A stretch of 64,000 nucleotides of DNA from Candidatus Aphodoplasma sp. GTDB taxonomy: Bacteria; Bacillota; Clostridia; UBA1381; UMGS1253. Of this stretch, positions 8,303 to 19,127 are shown in pieces. Below the pieces are notes generated by a model, which was not told the origin of the DNA, did no database searches, and saw only the letters and a program-made list of their open reading frames with translations. The position numbers were made by a program, and so were the translations under genes. The number at the start of each line of letters is the position of its first letter. Position 1 is the first letter of the stretch. The stretch is from contig JAZUQZ010000027.1 of assembly GCA_045626925.1 (NCBI GenBank), positions 13,459-77,458 on the forward strand, written 5' to 3'.

Positions 8303-9569
8303 ATTCGCCTGCTCCCAGCATTTGCGCCTCATCCATCATAAGCTCAATAAATATGCCATAGCCCCTAGTCGGTTCATTTACAAAAACATGTGTGACTGCA
8401 CCAACGATTTTATCGTTTTGCAGTATGGGGCTTCCACTCATGCCCTGCACAATACCACCCGTTTTTTCTAAAAGTCTTTCATCTGTTACCTTTATAATCA
8501 TACCCTTTTCATCGCCACTATTTGTCATAACCTTTTCGATTTGGATATCATACTCTTTTGGACCATTTTCGTCCACAGTAGCAATTATCTTTGCCGCTCC
8601 GGTTTTAACCTCAAAACGCGTTGCAATTTTTACAGCTTTATTTTGTGAAAATTGTTCCATATCACAAAAACCGTATATGCCGGCATAAGAGTTTTTCTTT
8701 ATAATGCCTATATCATTACTTGCAAAAACTCCGTGCAACTCGCCCGGGCTACCTCTTTGGGAGCATTTTACAGAAGAAATGCCACATTTTGTTATACTGC
8801 CCTGTGCTACTGATAATAAAAGAGAAGTATCTGCATCAGATATTCCATGTCCAAGCGAGCCAAACGCTCCGCTCTTTGGGTCAACAAATGTCATTGTGCC
8901 GATGCCTGCGGTACTGTCGCGTATCCACGCGCCAATTTTATAGTGTCCTTCGCTTTCTTGTGGCGTAAGTGCAATTTTGAGCGTTTGATTTTCTCTAATA
9001 ATTTCAAGCTCGACACTTTTACCGCCATTTTTGTTAATCAATTCGCTAAAATGGTCGCTATTTTTTACTTTTTCATCAGCAACTTTTGTAATAATGTCGC
9101 CTTCTTTTATGCCACCATCTCGTGCCGGATTTTTCTTCTCTCCGCCAAGCGTTTTTACCGATGCAAGCTTTACCACAAGCACGCCATCGGTATGGATTTT
9201 TATACCGATTACATCTCCGCATGGGATTAGCGTGTCATTTTCTATTACATCGACTGACATTGTTTTGATTGGAAAAACACCAAAGGCCTTCAACTCGACA
9301 TCATAGTGTCCGACTGTTTCGGTAAACAGTTTAAGATTGCCATCCTCTTCTTTTGTAAAGGTGTTTTGTGCCGCATTTACAGCAAAAACATCGTCAAAAG
9401 AAGCAAGACGACTCGAAACGAGTTTTCCGATTTTTATATTGCAGTCTGAGTCCTTTACAACAGCAAGCTTGTCCGGAAGTGTTTGATTAAGCCTTATGCC
9501 GCAGCAAACAAAAGGCGCAAGGAGCAAAAGCACTGTCAAAACAAAAAACAAGCTTTTTTTGTGTGACAA
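8301..9569 (-). CDS. spoIVB: SpoIVB serine peptidase
   Basis: PDZ domain, WIRDSTAGIGT, LGHGI, GGIVQGMSGSP; start uncertain (TTG chosen, ORF extends to 9665). Confidence 0.95.
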   Translation of the reverse strand: MSHKKSLFFVLTVLLLLAPFVCCGIRLNQTLPDKLAVVKDSDCNIKIGKLVSSRLASFDDVFAVNAAQNTFTKEEDGNLKLFTETVGHYDVELKAFGVFPIKTMSVDVIENDTLIPCGDVIGIKIHTDGVLVVKLASVKTLGGEKKNPARDGGIKEGDIITKVADEKVKNSDHFSELINKNGGKSVELEIIRENQTLKIALTPQESEGHYKIGAWIRDSTAGIGTMTFVDPKSGAFGSLGHGISDADTSLLLSVAQGSITKCGISSVKCSQRGSPGELHGVFASNDIGIIKKNSYAGIYGFCDMEQFSQNKAVKIATRFEVKTGAAKIIATVDENGPKEYDIQIEKVMTNSGDEKGMIIKVTDERLLEKTGGIVQGMSGSPILQNDKIVGAVTHVFVNEPTRGYGIFIELMMDEAQMLGAGE

Positions 9570-9618
9570 AGACTTCACTTCCCAAGCTGTTTTTTTGAAG
9601 GCATTTTGCCTTCGCATA

Positions 9619-9648
9619 TAACTTAACCATTTATCAATATGTTCATAC
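9619..9648 (-). promoter_or_regulatory. Sigma-F/G-type forespore promoter of spoIVB
   Basis: Minus strand GTATG-N15-GGTTAAGTTA. Confidence 0.55.
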
Positions 9649-9868
9649 AGCCAAAATGAGCTCATTTATGCAGTATTTTTACATAAAGTGAAAATAAAAC
9701 TTTTATGAAAACTTTTGATTGTTTTTTATATGTATACACTTTATTTTTATGCAAAAAGTATCTATTGCAAAGTCATTTTTATTTATTTTCGATATTTATA
9801 TTTTTTATTCACAATTTTCTCTTGCGCTTATTAAAAGTTTTATATATAATGTAGTAAGAGGTGATAGT

Positions 9869-10732
9869 ATGAAAAATATTATTCTCATTCCAAATGTAGC
9901 GCGTGACAAAGATTATAAATATACAAAAAAGATTATAAATATAATAGGCTCTCATGCCAATGTATTTTTATCAAAAGAACATAGCGATATTGGGAGCGGT
10001 GCTTCGTTTATAGATAATGACAAGCTTTTTTGTAATGGCGATGTAGTTATCGCACTTGGTGGCGACGGAACAATACTTACCGCCGTTTCCGAAGTATCTC
10101 GTCACAATTTGCCAATTCTTGGAATAAATCTTGGTCGTCTCGGTTTTTTAGCAGAGATTGAACCGGATTGTATGAGTCATGCAATCGAACAACTTTTGAC
10201 CGGACAATATAAAATCGAAGAAAGAATTATGATAAAGGCTGACATACATCGAGAAGGCAAAGTCATAAAAACATTTCATGCTCTTAATGATATAGTTGTG
10301 GCGCGTGCTGCTTTTTCTCGTTTGCTTGGTCTTCGCAGCTCGATTGACTCTCATCTTCTTGATTCATTTGTTGCAGATGGTGTCATACTTGCCACATCGA
10401 CAGGCTCTACAGCATATTCACTTTCAGCAGGCGGTCCCATACTTGACCCTTCGCTTGAGGCTATGCTTATAACCCCTGTTTGTCCACATACAATGCACTC
10501 AAGACCAATGGTCGTGCCTTTTTCAAAAGAACTCATTATTGAACTTGAACCGGGACATGATGATGAGGGTGCATTTGTAAGTGCAGATGGCAAGCGAGGA
10601 ATAAATCTTAAGCCCAATGATAAAGTAGTAGCGTCAAAATCACCATTTATAACAAAACTTATAAAAATTACAGATACAACTTTTTATGATACAATACGCC
10701 AAAAAATTAACGAACGCGGCGTTGCAAAATGA
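9869..10732 (+). CDS. nadK: NAD kinase
   Basis: GGDGT, GRLGFL, ND, TGSTAYSLSAGGP. Confidence 0.96.
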   Translation: MKNIILIPNVARDKDYKYTKKIINIIGSHANVFLSKEHSDIGSGASFIDNDKLFCNGDVVIALGGDGTILTAVSEVSRHNLPILGINLGRLGFLAEIEPDCMSHAIEQLLTGQYKIEERIMIKADIHREGKVIKTFHALNDIVVARAAFSRLLGLRSSIDSHLLDSFVADGVILATSTGSTAYSLSAGGPILDPSLEAMLITPVCPHTMHSRPMVVPFSKELIIELEPGHDDEGAFVSADGKRGINLKPNDKVVASKSPFITKLIKITDTTFYDTIRQKINERGVAK

Positions 10733-10752
10733 TGAGAAACGGAGATTTCAAA

Positions 10753-11205
10753 ATGAAAAACAAAAGACACGCAAAAATACTCGATATAATTTCACAATCT
10801 GATACGGTCACACAAGCAGACCTTACAAAAAAGCTTTGCAACTTTGGTTTTAATGTAACACAAGCAACAGTGTCTCGCGATATAAAGCAGCTCGGCCTTG
10901 TAAAAATCTCTACCGGTAACGGAAGCTATAAATATGCACTCCCGAACAATGTCGTTTCTCACACATCGAAACATATGTCGATTTTTTCACAGTCTGTTAT
11001 AAGTATAGAGTATGCTCTTCACACAATAATAATTAAAACACTTGCAGGTATGGCCCAAGCAGCAGGTGCCGCAATTGATAGCTCAATCGGCAATCGGATT
11101 TTGGGCTCGATTGCAGGAGATGATACTATAATTATTGTAACAGAATCTGAAAAATGTGCAGATGAGCTTACACAGGTTCTTCGCAAAATGCAGGAGGGCA
11201 AATAA
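10753..11205 (+). CDS. argR: Arginine repressor
   Basis: TQATVSRDI and GSIAGDDT. Confidence 0.96.
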   Translation: MKNKRHAKILDIISQSDTVTQADLTKKLCNFGFNVTQATVSRDIKQLGLVKISTGNGSYKYALPNNVVSHTSKHMSIFSQSVISIEYALHTIIIKTLAGMAQAAGAAIDSSIGNRILGSIAGDDTIIIVTESEKCADELTQVLRKMQEGK

Positions 11206-11219
11206 GCGGAGGTGAACAT

Positions 11220-12911
11220 ATGCTTACACAGTTGCATATAAAAAACATTGCCGTAATCGATGAAACTGATATAACCCTTGGGCCCGGGCTTAATGTTCTC
11301 ACAGGTGAAACAGGTGCAGGTAAATCAATCGTAATCGATTCGATAAATATGATTTTAGGTGAGCGCGGCGGACGCGATTTGGTTCGCCACGGTCAAAATA
11401 GTGCGCTTATACAAGCGTCATTTGAGCCTGTTTGTGAAAAGGCAAAAGAGCTTGCGGATGAATATGACGCATTTTGCGATGACGAGGATTCGCTCATTTT
11501 GACGCGCCGCATTAACGAAAATGGAAAAAGCACCTGCCGTATGAATTCTGCAGTCGTAAATTCATCTACACTGCGCGACATAGGCACTCTTTTGGTCGAC
11601 ATTCATGGCCAACACGACAACCAAAGGCTTCTCTGCCCTACTTATCACATAGATTTTCTTGATAGTTTTGGGAAAGATACAATATATTTATCGAAACAAA
11701 AATATGATGCTCTTTATGAACAGTATACAGAGCTTTTAAAAAAGTTTGATACACTTGAAAAAAACAAAGGGGCGCGTCTTGAACGCATTGATTCTTTAAC
11801 CTTCAGATGCGACGAACTTGACAAGGCAGAGCTTCGTATTGGTGAAGAGGAAGAACTTTTGGCAGAAGAAAAGCTTTTGTCAAATGCAGAAGATATAATA
11901 AAGTCACTTTCAGACTCATACAACATTCTCTATGACGGAGAATTTACAGCGTATGATGCCTTGAGCGCTGCACTTGCATCACTTGATATTGCGTCGGATT
12001 TTGATGATGAAATCAAAGCTGTGCATGAACAGCTTTCGGACATTGTATATCGCACAAACGATATCGCGTCTACACTTCGCAATCGTCGCGACTCGCTTGA
12101 TTTTGACCCTGCCCGACTCAATTATATACAGGAGCGTCTTGCACTCATATCGTCGCTAAAGCGCAAATATGGCGTCGTTGCAGATGAACTGATAAAGCTA
12201 AACGAACAGATGCATAATGAACTTGATGAACTTTGTGGCAAAGGTGAAAGCGCCGAGGATGTGCGTGCAAAGCTTGATGAATGTGAAAAGCAGCTCTCTC
12301 TTGCAGCGAAAGAGCTTAGTCACGAGCGCACAGTTGCAAAGGAAAAGTTTGAAGCACTTACTATGGCGGAGCTTTGTGACTTGGATATGGAAAAGGTGCA
12401 CTTTAGCATAAACCTTGAAACAATGAGCGAATATGGCAAAAAAGGCCTTGATAAAGTAGAGTTTTTAATATCAACAAACCCCGGCGAGCCACTAAAGCCT
12501 CTTTCAAAAATTGCATCAGGTGGCGAGCTTTCACGAATTATGCTCGCACTCAAAACCGTCCTTGCAGACAGTGACGAGGTAGGCACGCTTATATTTGACG
12601 AAATTGATACCGGTGTATCAGGGCGTGCAGCGGGCAAAATTGCGTCAAAGCTTTGTAAAATTGCAAAGCGCAGACAGGTTATTTGTATAACGCACCTTGC
12701 ACAGATTGCTTGCGCGGCAGATAATCACTACCTTATAAAAAAGGACATAACCGACGAGCGTTCGTCGACGCATATTGCTCTTCTTAACGAAAGTGAGCGC
12801 ATAGATGAGCTTTGTCGCATACTCGGCGGTCTTAAAGTAACTGATACGACGCGTGCGCACGCACTTGAGCTTCGAAAAGAAGCTTCTATAATGAAAAATC
12901 AGACGCAATAA
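11220..12911 (+). CDS. recN: DNA repair protein RecN
   Basis: TGETGAGKS, ASGGELSR, FDEID, coiled coil. Confidence 0.97.
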   Translation: MLTQLHIKNIAVIDETDITLGPGLNVLTGETGAGKSIVIDSINMILGERGGRDLVRHGQNSALIQASFEPVCEKAKELADEYDAFCDDEDSLILTRRINENGKSTCRMNSAVVNSSTLRDIGTLLVDIHGQHDNQRLLCPTYHIDFLDSFGKDTIYLSKQKYDALYEQYTELLKKFDTLEKNKGARLERIDSLTFRCDELDKAELRIGEEEELLAEEKLLSNAEDIIKSLSDSYNILYDGEFTAYDALSAALASLDIASDFDDEIKAVHEQLSDIVYRTNDIASTLRNRRDSLDFDPARLNYIQERLALISSLKRKYGVVADELIKLNEQMHNELDELCGKGESAEDVRAKLDECEKQLSLAAKELSHERTVAKEKFEALTMAELCDLDMEKVHFSINLETMSEYGKKGLDKVEFLISTNPGEPLKPLSKIASGGELSRIMLALKTVLADSDEVGTLIFDEIDTGVSGRAAGKIASKLCKIAKRRQVICITHLAQIACAADNHYLIKKDITDERSSTHIALLNESERIDELCRILGGLKVTDTTRAHALELRKEASIMKNQTQ

Positions 12912-12927
12912 GGAAACGGAGCATTAT

Positions 12928-13344
12928 ATGAAACAGGTTGGAAAAATTATATCAATAGATAACAACTATGCCACCTTGCTTGTTGCAAAAACGAGCATGT
13001 GCGGCGAAAATTGTGGTGCTTGCAAGGGCGGTTGTAAACCAAGCGCTCAAAAGGTACTTGCGCGCTTTGATGACGGGTGTGAAGGCGCAAGCATTGGGGA
13101 TATGGCTGTTCTTGAATTGGATGATAGACGCGTACTTTCTATGGCGGCGATGCTCTATCTTTTGCCTATCATGGCGATGTTTGTGGCATATTTTATAGGG
13201 ATGTATATTTCAAAAAGTGAACAGATAAGCATAGTTTCTGCTTTATCAGCTACATTTTTAGTGCTGTTTTCTGTCAAATTATTCGATAACCGGCTAAAAA
13301 ATAGCAAAAAATACGAAATACGCATCACTAAAGTGTTGCACTAA
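12928..13344 (+). CDS. RseC/MucC-family membrane protein
   Basis: CGENCGACKGGC cysteine cluster plus two TM helices. Confidence 0.8.
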   Translation: MKQVGKIISIDNNYATLLVAKTSMCGENCGACKGGCKPSAQKVLARFDDGCEGASIGDMAVLELDDRRVLSMAAMLYLLPIMAMFVAYFIGMYISKSEQISIVSALSATFLVLFSVKLFDNRLKNSKKYEIRITKVLH

Positions 13345-13434
13345 AATACATTTTGTGATAAAATAAAAAGGTCAGCTTTAAAAGGTTGCCCTTTTTTCAT
13401 ATGTACTTATGGCTTGACGAAATGGAGGTGCATC

Positions 13435-14097
13435 GTGGAAGCAAGGATAAATATTTTTGTCGGTCATTTTGGGAGCGGCAAAACAGAAACAGCAATAAAT
13501 TTTGCAATCAAGAAAGCAAAAGAAGGTAAAAAAGTTACTGTTGTCGATTGTGACATTGTAAACACATATTTCCGCACACTCGACGCAAAAGATGCGCTTG
13601 AGGCGCTTGATATAAAAGTCATTGCGCCCACTTTTGCAAATACAAACCTTGAAATGCAGATGATTCCTGCTGAGATTTTGTCAGTATTTGAACAGCGCGA
13701 CCGCGTAATTGTGTTCGATGTTGGTGGCGATGAAGACGGTGCATATGCACTCGGCGCATACAAGCAATTGTTTGAGCGTGAGGGCTATCGTATGTTCTTT
13801 GTGCTAAATGCGCGCAGACCACTTACAATGAATACAAATGATACGCTAGAATATATGTCGGATATTGAAAAGGCATCGCGCCTTGCGATTACAGATTTGA
13901 TAAATAATACAAATCTTGCTATGGAAACAACAATCGATGATGTTCTTTTTGGAGATGGGCTCACACGCGAGCTTGCAGAACTTACAAAGCTTAATTATGC
14001 GTATATTGCTATAAACAAAGACCTGGCCGGGCAATTACCAAAAGAACTTGTAGATAAAGCTTTTGAGCTTTCATTATATTTAAAATTATCTTTTTAA
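13435..14097 (+). CDS. P-loop NTPase (MinD/CobQ-like) heading the oxoacid oxidoreductase operon
   Basis: GHFGSGKT, DIVNTYFR, DVGGD. Confidence 0.8.
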   Translation: MEARINIFVGHFGSGKTETAINFAIKKAKEGKKVTVVDCDIVNTYFRTLDAKDALEALDIKVIAPTFANTNLEMQMIPAEILSVFEQRDRVIVFDVGGDEDGAYALGAYKQLFEREGYRMFFVLNARRPLTMNTNDTLEYMSDIEKASRLAITDLINNTNLAMETTIDDVLFGDGLTRELAELTKLNYAYIAINKDLAGQLPKELVDKAFELSLYLKLSF

Positions 14098-14123
14098 TAA
14101 TCGAAAAGAGGTGTAAATTTATT

Positions 14124-14330
14124 ATGGCAAAGGTTACTTTTGACAAGGATAGGTGCAAAGGGTGCGAGCTTTGTACCACTGTTTGTCCAAAGAAAATTGT
14201 AGTTATGAGCAAAGACGAGATGAATGCAAAAGGTTTTCATCCGGCACAAGTAATCGAGCAGGATAAATGCATAGGATGTGCATTTTGTGCGACGATATGC
14301 CCCGATTGTGTAATCGAGGTCGAAAAATAA
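14124..14330 (+). CDS. 2x[4Fe-4S] ferredoxin subunit of 2-oxoacid oxidoreductase
   Basis: Two CxxCxxCxxxCP motifs. Confidence 0.93.
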   Translation: MAKVTFDKDRCKGCELCTTVCPKKIVVMSKDEMNAKGFHPAQVIEQDKCIGCAFCATICPDCVIEVEK

Positions 14331-14356
14331 TTATATTGTGATTTGGAGGGAGAAAA

Positions 14357-15421
14357 ATGTCAGATAAAGTATTGATGAAAGGTAACGAGGCTTTGGCTGA
14401 GGCAGCTATACAGGCAGGTTGTCGCTTGTTTTTTGGCTACCCAATCACGCCACAGACAGAGCTTGCAGCATATATGGCAAAGAAAATGCCAAAGGTTGAC
14501 GGCTTGTTTTTACAAGCTGAAAGTGAGGTTGCTGCAATAAATATGGTATACGGCGCTGCAGGAGCAGGTGCAAGAGTAATGACAAGCTCATCAAGCCCCG
14601 GAGTAAGTCTTAAACAGGAGGGTATTTCCTATATTGCAGGCGCAGACCTTCCCTGCGTTATTATAAACATCGTGCGTGGCGGCCCCGGGCTTGGTGGAAT
14701 TCAGCCGGCACAGTCGGATTATTTCCAGGCTACAAAAGGCGGCGGTCACGGTGATTATCATCTAATCGTTTTGGCACCAAGCTCTGTTCAGGAAATGGTT
14801 GAGCTTACTTCTCTTGCGTTTGACCTTGGTGATATATATCGTATGCCAGTAATGATTATGGGTGACGGCGCTCTTGGTCAGATGATGGAGCCTATCTCGT
14901 TTGATAATGTAAAAAAATATGAAATTCCTGAAAAAACATGGGCTACAACAGGTACAAAAATGAAGAGAGGTCGCAATATTATAAACTCTCTTTATATAAC
15001 ACCCGAGGAGCTTGAGGACCTTGTAATAGAGCGTGAAAAGCGTTATGACGCTATCCGCAAAACAGAGGCGCGTTTTGAGGAATATGAGACACAGGATGCC
15101 GATTATATTATTGCTGCATACGGCACAACAGCAAGAATTGCGAAAAACGCAATAAAAACACTTCGTGCAGAAGGCATCAAAGTGGGACTTATCCGTCCTA
15201 TTACACTTTGGCCATTCCCGACAGAAGCCTTTAGCAAGGCTGCTGATAAGGCAAAAGCATTCTTGTCAGTTGAAATGAGCACAGGTCAAATGGTAGAAGA
15301 TGTAAAGCTTGCTGTAAATGGCAAAAAAGATGTGTTCTTCTTCGGCAGAACAGGCGGCATGGTGCCCACACCTGCTGAAATTGTAAATAAAATCAAGGAA
15401 ATAGACGGAGGTGCAAAATAA
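14357..15421 (+). CDS. 2-oxoacid:ferredoxin oxidoreductase alpha subunit (VorB-like)
   Basis: GYPITPQ, QAESEVAA, RGGPGLG. Confidence 0.93.
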   Translation: MSDKVLMKGNEALAEAAIQAGCRLFFGYPITPQTELAAYMAKKMPKVDGLFLQAESEVAAINMVYGAAGAGARVMTSSSSPGVSLKQEGISYIAGADLPCVIINIVRGGPGLGGIQPAQSDYFQATKGGGHGDYHLIVLAPSSVQEMVELTSLAFDLGDIYRMPVMIMGDGALGQMMEPISFDNVKKYEIPEKTWATTGTKMKRGRNIINSLYITPEELEDLVIEREKRYDAIRKTEARFEEYETQDADYIIAAYGTTARIAKNAIKTLRAEGIKVGLIRPITLWPFPTEAFSKAADKAKAFLSVEMSTGQMVEDVKLAVNGKKDVFFFGRTGGMVPTPAEIVNKIKEIDGGAK

Positions 15422-16167
15422 TGGCTAAAGTATTTGAAAGACCTCACGCACTAAGCGATGTTGCGCTACACTATTGCCCCGGATGCACTCATGGTATTAT
15501 TCACCGTCTCGTTGCAGAAGCAATCGACGAGCTCGGTATAGAAGGTAAGACGATTGGTGTTGCACCGGTTGGTTGCTCGGTTTTTGCATATAACTATTTT
15601 GAATGTGATATGCAACAAGCAGCACACGGTCGTGCGCCTGCAGTTGCAACAGGTATAAAGCGTGCAAACACTGATAATGTTGTGTTTACATACCAGGGTG
15701 ACGGTGACCTTGCAGCAATTGGTACTGCAGAAACAGTTCACGCAGCAACTCGTGGTGAAAACATTACGGTTATATTTGTAAACAATGCTATTTATGGTAT
15801 GACAGGTGGCCAGATGGCGCCTACCTCTCTTGTGGGGCAGGTTACTCAGACTACACCATATGGAAGAAAAACAGAAACACAAGGCTATCCGATAAAGGTG
15901 TGCGAGATGCTTTCAACGCTTGAAGGCACAGCATATGCCGAGCGTGTAAGCGTCGACGATATCAAAAACATCAAAAAGGCAAAGGCAGCAATTAAAAAAG
16001 CTTTTGAATATCAAATAGACAAAAAAGGGTTTTCAATAGTTGAGGTACTATCGACTTGTCCTACAAACTGGGGCCTTAGTCCAAAAGAAGCAATACAGTG
16101 GCTTCGTGATAATATGATGGATGTATATCCTCTTGGTGTATACAAGGATAAGGGGGCGGACAAATAA
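15421..16167 (+). CDS. 2-oxoacid:ferredoxin oxidoreductase beta (TPP-binding) subunit
   Basis: YCPGC, GDGD..NN, YGMTGGQ. Confidence 0.93.
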   Translation: MAKVFERPHALSDVALHYCPGCTHGIIHRLVAEAIDELGIEGKTIGVAPVGCSVFAYNYFECDMQQAAHGRAPAVATGIKRANTDNVVFTYQGDGDLAAIGTAETVHAATRGENITVIFVNNAIYGMTGGQMAPTSLVGQVTQTTPYGRKTETQGYPIKVCEMLSTLEGTAYAERVSVDDIKNIKKAKAAIKKAFEYQIDKKGFSIVEVLSTCPTNWGLSPKEAIQWLRDNMMDVYPLGVYKDKGADK

Positions 16168-16703
16168 TGAGCAAAACAAATGAACTTATTATAGCAGGCT
16201 TTGGTGGCCAGGGCATATTATTTGCCGGAAAGGTTCTTGCTTACGGTGGTCTTATGTGTGACAAAGAAGTGTCATGGCTTCCGTCATATGGTCCGGAAAT
16301 GCGTGGCGGTACAGCAAACTGTCATGTAATTATCTCTGATACACCAATCGGTTCGCCTATTATTACAGAGCCTAATATTCTTATCGCTATGAACAAGCCA
16401 TCTCTTGATAAATTTGAAAATGATGTTGTAAGTGGTGGTACAATAATAATCGACAGTTCACTTATTGACAGAAAGGTAGAGCGCACCGATGTAAATGTGT
16501 TCTACATTCCTGCAACACAGATGGCACTTGATATGGATGCTGCTAAAATGGCAAACATGATTATACTCGGCAAGCTTATAAAAGAAACAGATATTATGAG
16601 CTATGAAGAGCTTAAGACAGGTCTTACAAAATGTGTTCCGCCTACAAAGGCAGAGCTTGTTGACTTTAATATGAAAATTATTGACGCAGGCTACAATTAT
16701 TAA
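16167..16703 (+). CDS. 2-oxoacid:ferredoxin oxidoreductase gamma subunit
   Basis: AGFGGQG and PSYGPEMRGG. Confidence 0.93.
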   Translation: MSKTNELIIAGFGGQGILFAGKVLAYGGLMCDKEVSWLPSYGPEMRGGTANCHVIISDTPIGSPIITEPNILIAMNKPSLDKFENDVVSGGTIIIDSSLIDRKVERTDVNVFYIPATQMALDMDAAKMANMIILGKLIKETDIMSYEELKTGLTKCVPPTKAELVDFNMKIIDAGYNY

Positions 16704-16711
16704 GACGATAT

Positions 16712-16745
16712 AAAAAATCCGTTCCAAAACCGGAACGGATTTTTT
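16712..16745. terminator. Bidirectional terminator
   Basis: AAAAAATCCGTTCC...GGAACGGATTTTTT between convergent genes. Confidence 0.8.
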
Positions 16746-16760
16746 GTGTGTAAATTTGCT

Positions 16761-17312
16761 TTATTTTTTGTAATCAATTACACCTTTATTTTTAATCATA
16801 TATTCTATTCCCGAATAAACAGTAATTATTACCATTACCCAGGTGCCAATGCTTGTTACTGTTTTAAGCCACGGATACGCACCTACAAAATCCCATACTG
16901 CCATCGTACATGCAATAACAACAATTTGCACCACCGTTTTTACCTTGCCCGAAAACGCTGCGGCGATTACTTGGCCGGAGCTTATCGCAACAATTCTAAG
17001 CCCCGTTACCATAAATTCGCGTGCGATTATTATTATGACTGCTATCGATGAAATCTGTCCAAATTGGACCATGCCTATAAGCGCCGATACAACAAGTATT
17101 TTGTCTGCAAGTGGGTCAATAAACTTTCCAAAATCAGTGATTTGGTTATATTTTCTTGCTATATGACCATCTACGCCATCGGTTACTGCTGCAACAACAA
17201 AAATCAACACCGCAATCAAATTCGAATATGATACTATGTCTGTTAAAAAAAACAATAAGAAAATCGGAATCATTGCAATTCGTATTAGTGTAATTCTGTT
17301 AGCTGTATTCAT
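16761..17312 (-). CDS. pgsA: Phosphatidylglycerophosphate synthase
   Basis: DGVDGHIARKYNQITDFGKFIDPLADK. Confidence 0.95.
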   Translation of the reverse strand: MNTANRITLIRIAMIPIFLLFFLTDIVSYSNLIAVLIFVVAAVTDGVDGHIARKYNQITDFGKFIDPLADKILVVSALIGMVQFGQISSIAVIIIIAREFMVTGLRIVAISSGQVIAAAFSGKVKTVVQIVVIACTMAVWDFVGAYPWLKTVTSIGTWVMVIITVYSGIEYMIKNKGVIDYKK

Positions 17313-18640
17313 ATCTCTTCTCCTATCAAATCATACTCCTGGGCACATAGCACCCTTACTTTTACAAACTCGCCACACGCAACCTCGCGTGCTGCCCCAA
17401 AATATACCATAGAGTCAACATCAATGCTATCGCCACAACTGCGGCCTATATATAAACAGTTTTCTTCATCAAAACCGTCGCATATTACTGTAAGCACATT
17501 TCCAACGCGCTCTTCATTTTTTTCAAGTGAAATCTCCTGTGCTATCGCCATAAGCTTGTCTTTGCGCCTGTTTTTTGTGCGCTCATCAACCTGTTTATCA
17601 AGCTTTGAAGCAGGTGTGTTTTCCTCTTTGGAATATGTAAACACACCCACACGGTCAAGACGAGTCCGACTTATAAAATCACAAAGCTCACAAAAATCGC
17701 TCCTCGTCTCTCCGGGAAAACCGACAATAAGAGATGTGCGTATGATTGCATCACTCATTTTTGAGCGTATTTTTTTTATAAGCTGTTCAATTTGCGCCCT
17801 ACTTGTTTTTCTTCCCATACGCTTTAACACATTGTCGTTTATATGCTGAATCGGTATGTCAAAATAATGAAGAATTTTTTCATTTGATGATATAATATCT
17901 ATAAGCTCGTCAGTTATACCCTCCGGATATGAATAATGAATCCTGATCCACTTTATCTCGTCAATTTCGCAAAGACGCAAAAGCAATTTGCCAAGCATAT
18001 AACTGCCATAAATATCCTTGCCATAGCAAGTCGTATCCTGCGCTATAAGTATAAGCTCCTTTGTACCTGATTTTGCAAGCTCACAAGCCTCATCTACTAT
18101 GTCCTCAATCGTCCGCGAGCGATATTTCCCGCGCAGTGAAGGAATTACACAATATGTGCACTTATTGTCACAGCCTTCGGCAATTTTTAAATATGCACTA
18201 TGCTTTTTATTTGTAAGTATACGCGGCATAGCTGCAAGGTCAAACGCCTCACTGTGACCATAAAGGCACACCTTTTCGCCACAAAGCGAACGCTCTATAA
18301 TATCACATATTTTTACAAAATCTCCCGTACCGCATATAGCGTCAACCTCGGGTAGCTCAAGTTTTATATCCTCATGATAGCGCTCTGCAAGGCACCCCGT
18401 CACAACGAGCAGTTTGCAATTGCCCTCGTCTTTATAACGCGCCATATCAAGTATTGTGTTTATAGATTCTTCTTTTGCGTCACCAATAAACGCACAAGTA
18501 TTTATAATTATAATATCGGCCATCTCAGGCAAGGAAACAAACTCGTACCCTTTTTGTGCAAGAAAGCCGAGCATATTTTCAGTATCGACCAGGTTCTTCG
18601 CACAACCAAGCGATGCAACAGCTATTTTATACTTCACCAT
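17309..18640 (-). CDS. rimO: Ribosomal protein S12 methylthiotransferase
   Basis: SLGCAKN, CDNKCTYC radical SAM motif, TRAM domain. Confidence 0.95.
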   Translation of the reverse strand: MVKYKIAVASLGCAKNLVDTENMLGFLAQKGYEFVSLPEMADIIIINTCAFIGDAKEESINTILDMARYKDEGNCKLLVVTGCLAERYHEDIKLELPEVDAICGTGDFVKICDIIERSLCGEKVCLYGHSEAFDLAAMPRILTNKKHSAYLKIAEGCDNKCTYCVIPSLRGKYRSRTIEDIVDEACELAKSGTKELILIAQDTTCYGKDIYGSYMLGKLLLRLCEIDEIKWIRIHYSYPEGITDELIDIISSNEKILHYFDIPIQHINDNVLKRMGRKTSRAQIEQLIKKIRSKMSDAIIRTSLIVGFPGETRSDFCELCDFISRTRLDRVGVFTYSKEENTPASKLDKQVDERTKNRRKDKLMAIAQEISLEKNEERVGNVLTVICDGFDEENCLYIGRSCGDSIDVDSMVYFGAAREVACGEFVKVRVLCAQEYDLIGEEI

Positions 18641-19127
18641 CATCGTCCTTCCCAAATTCAAAATCCTCTTTTATAGCGGATATTGCATTTTTTATATCAG
18701 AAAACTCATAGCCTTTTATAATAAAATGCCTGATAGTTTTTTCAATATTTTTTCTGTCAAAATCGCCACCAAGCTTTTTACACACAAGCTCCTCTAACCA
18801 ATCCGACTCACTAAAATCAAATTCGCAAATAATATCCTCTATGACAAACTGGTCAATGCCTTTATACAAAAGCGCCTGTTTTATACGCCTTATGCCATAT
18901 TTTTTTGAGGATATGTTGCTTAAAATATAAGTACGCGCATATTCTTTATCATTTAAAAAACCATATTCCTTTGCCCACTCACAGACCGCATTTGACACTT
19001 GTTCATCAAAGCCTGCCCGCAAAAGCTTATCACAAAGCTCCTTTTCGGTATGCATGCGACGCGACAATATGTTAAGCGTTTTATTTTTAGCCTTATCAAA
19101 CTCGATGCTTATATCGTCCACGCACAC
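18627..19127 (-). CDS. recX: Regulatory protein RecX
   Basis: LSRRMHTEKEL, FLNDKEYA, LLYKGI. Confidence 0.85.
   Translation of the reverse strand: MCVDDISIEFDKAKNKTLNILSRRMHTEKELCDKLLRAGFDEQVSNAVCEWAKEYGFLNDKEYARTYILSNISSKKYGIRRIKQALLYKGIDQFVIEDIICEFDFSESDWLEELVCKKLGGDFDRKNIEKTIRHFIIKGYEFSDIKNAISAIKEDFEFGKDDDGEV

Noticed and set aside
11214-11225. LexA-box-like GAACATATGCTT over the recN start
   Set aside because: Mismatched right half-site, and it lies inside an operon without an evident promoter; plausible but unsupported.
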